64,000 bases of DNA from a virus (lineage: Duplodnaviria; Caudoviricetes). Numbering within the stretch: the first letter of the stretch is position 1; each line of letters begins with the position of its first letter. The notes below the pieces were generated by a model, which saw only the letters and a program-made list of their open reading frames with translations, was not told the origin of the DNA and made no database searches. This document shows, piece by piece, positions 63,965 through 64,000 of this stretch. The position numbers were made by a program, and so were the translations under genes. Location of the stretch: IMG/VR virus record IMGVR_UViG_3300042154_002208. One strand, written 5' to 3'.

Positions 63965-64000
63965 GCGCGGTTAGCTCAGTTGGTAGAGCGTCTGCCTTAC
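63965..64000 (+). tRNA. tRNA-Val(TAC), truncated by window end
   Basis: GCGCGGT-TAGCTCAGTTGGTAGAGC-GTCTGC-CTTAC. Confidence 0.85.

Overview
A 64 kb segment of an AT-rich T4-like (cyanophage-type gene order) myovirus genome. The host is probably a betaproteobacterium, inferred from the IscU/ErpA/DUF3563-like genes. Core genes run gp23(3' part)-gp3-uvsY-uvsW-gp55 ... gp47-gp46-pdf-vWA/AAA ... gp45-gp44-gp62-regA-hsp20 ... gp43-uvsX-gp41, ending in a tRNA array cut by the window edge. Three accessory islands stand out. (1) A sigma70-promoter-driven 7-deazaguanine DNA-modification cluster between gp55 and gp47 (queE, folE, DpdA/TGT-like transglycosylase, DpdL-like T-fold protein, queD; no queC in the window), interleaved with two GT-B glycosyltransferases and GalE. 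This suggests a possibly undescribed glycosylated DNA base. (2) A ~16 kb late-promoter-driven nucleotide-sugar/glycosyltransferase island with colitose-like and yersiniose-like (split YerE-like ThDP enzyme) pathways. (3) A minus-strand block with iscU/iscA/erpA, a lipase, secreted low-complexity proteins and an RCC1-repeat protein. There are also several unexplained structured RNAs (a pseudoknotted late leader, two ~200 nt ncRNA candidates and twin long-stem elements in the tRNA array) and a 209-codon overprinted ORF inside gp46. All calls come from motif recognition and manual base-pairing; no database searches were run.
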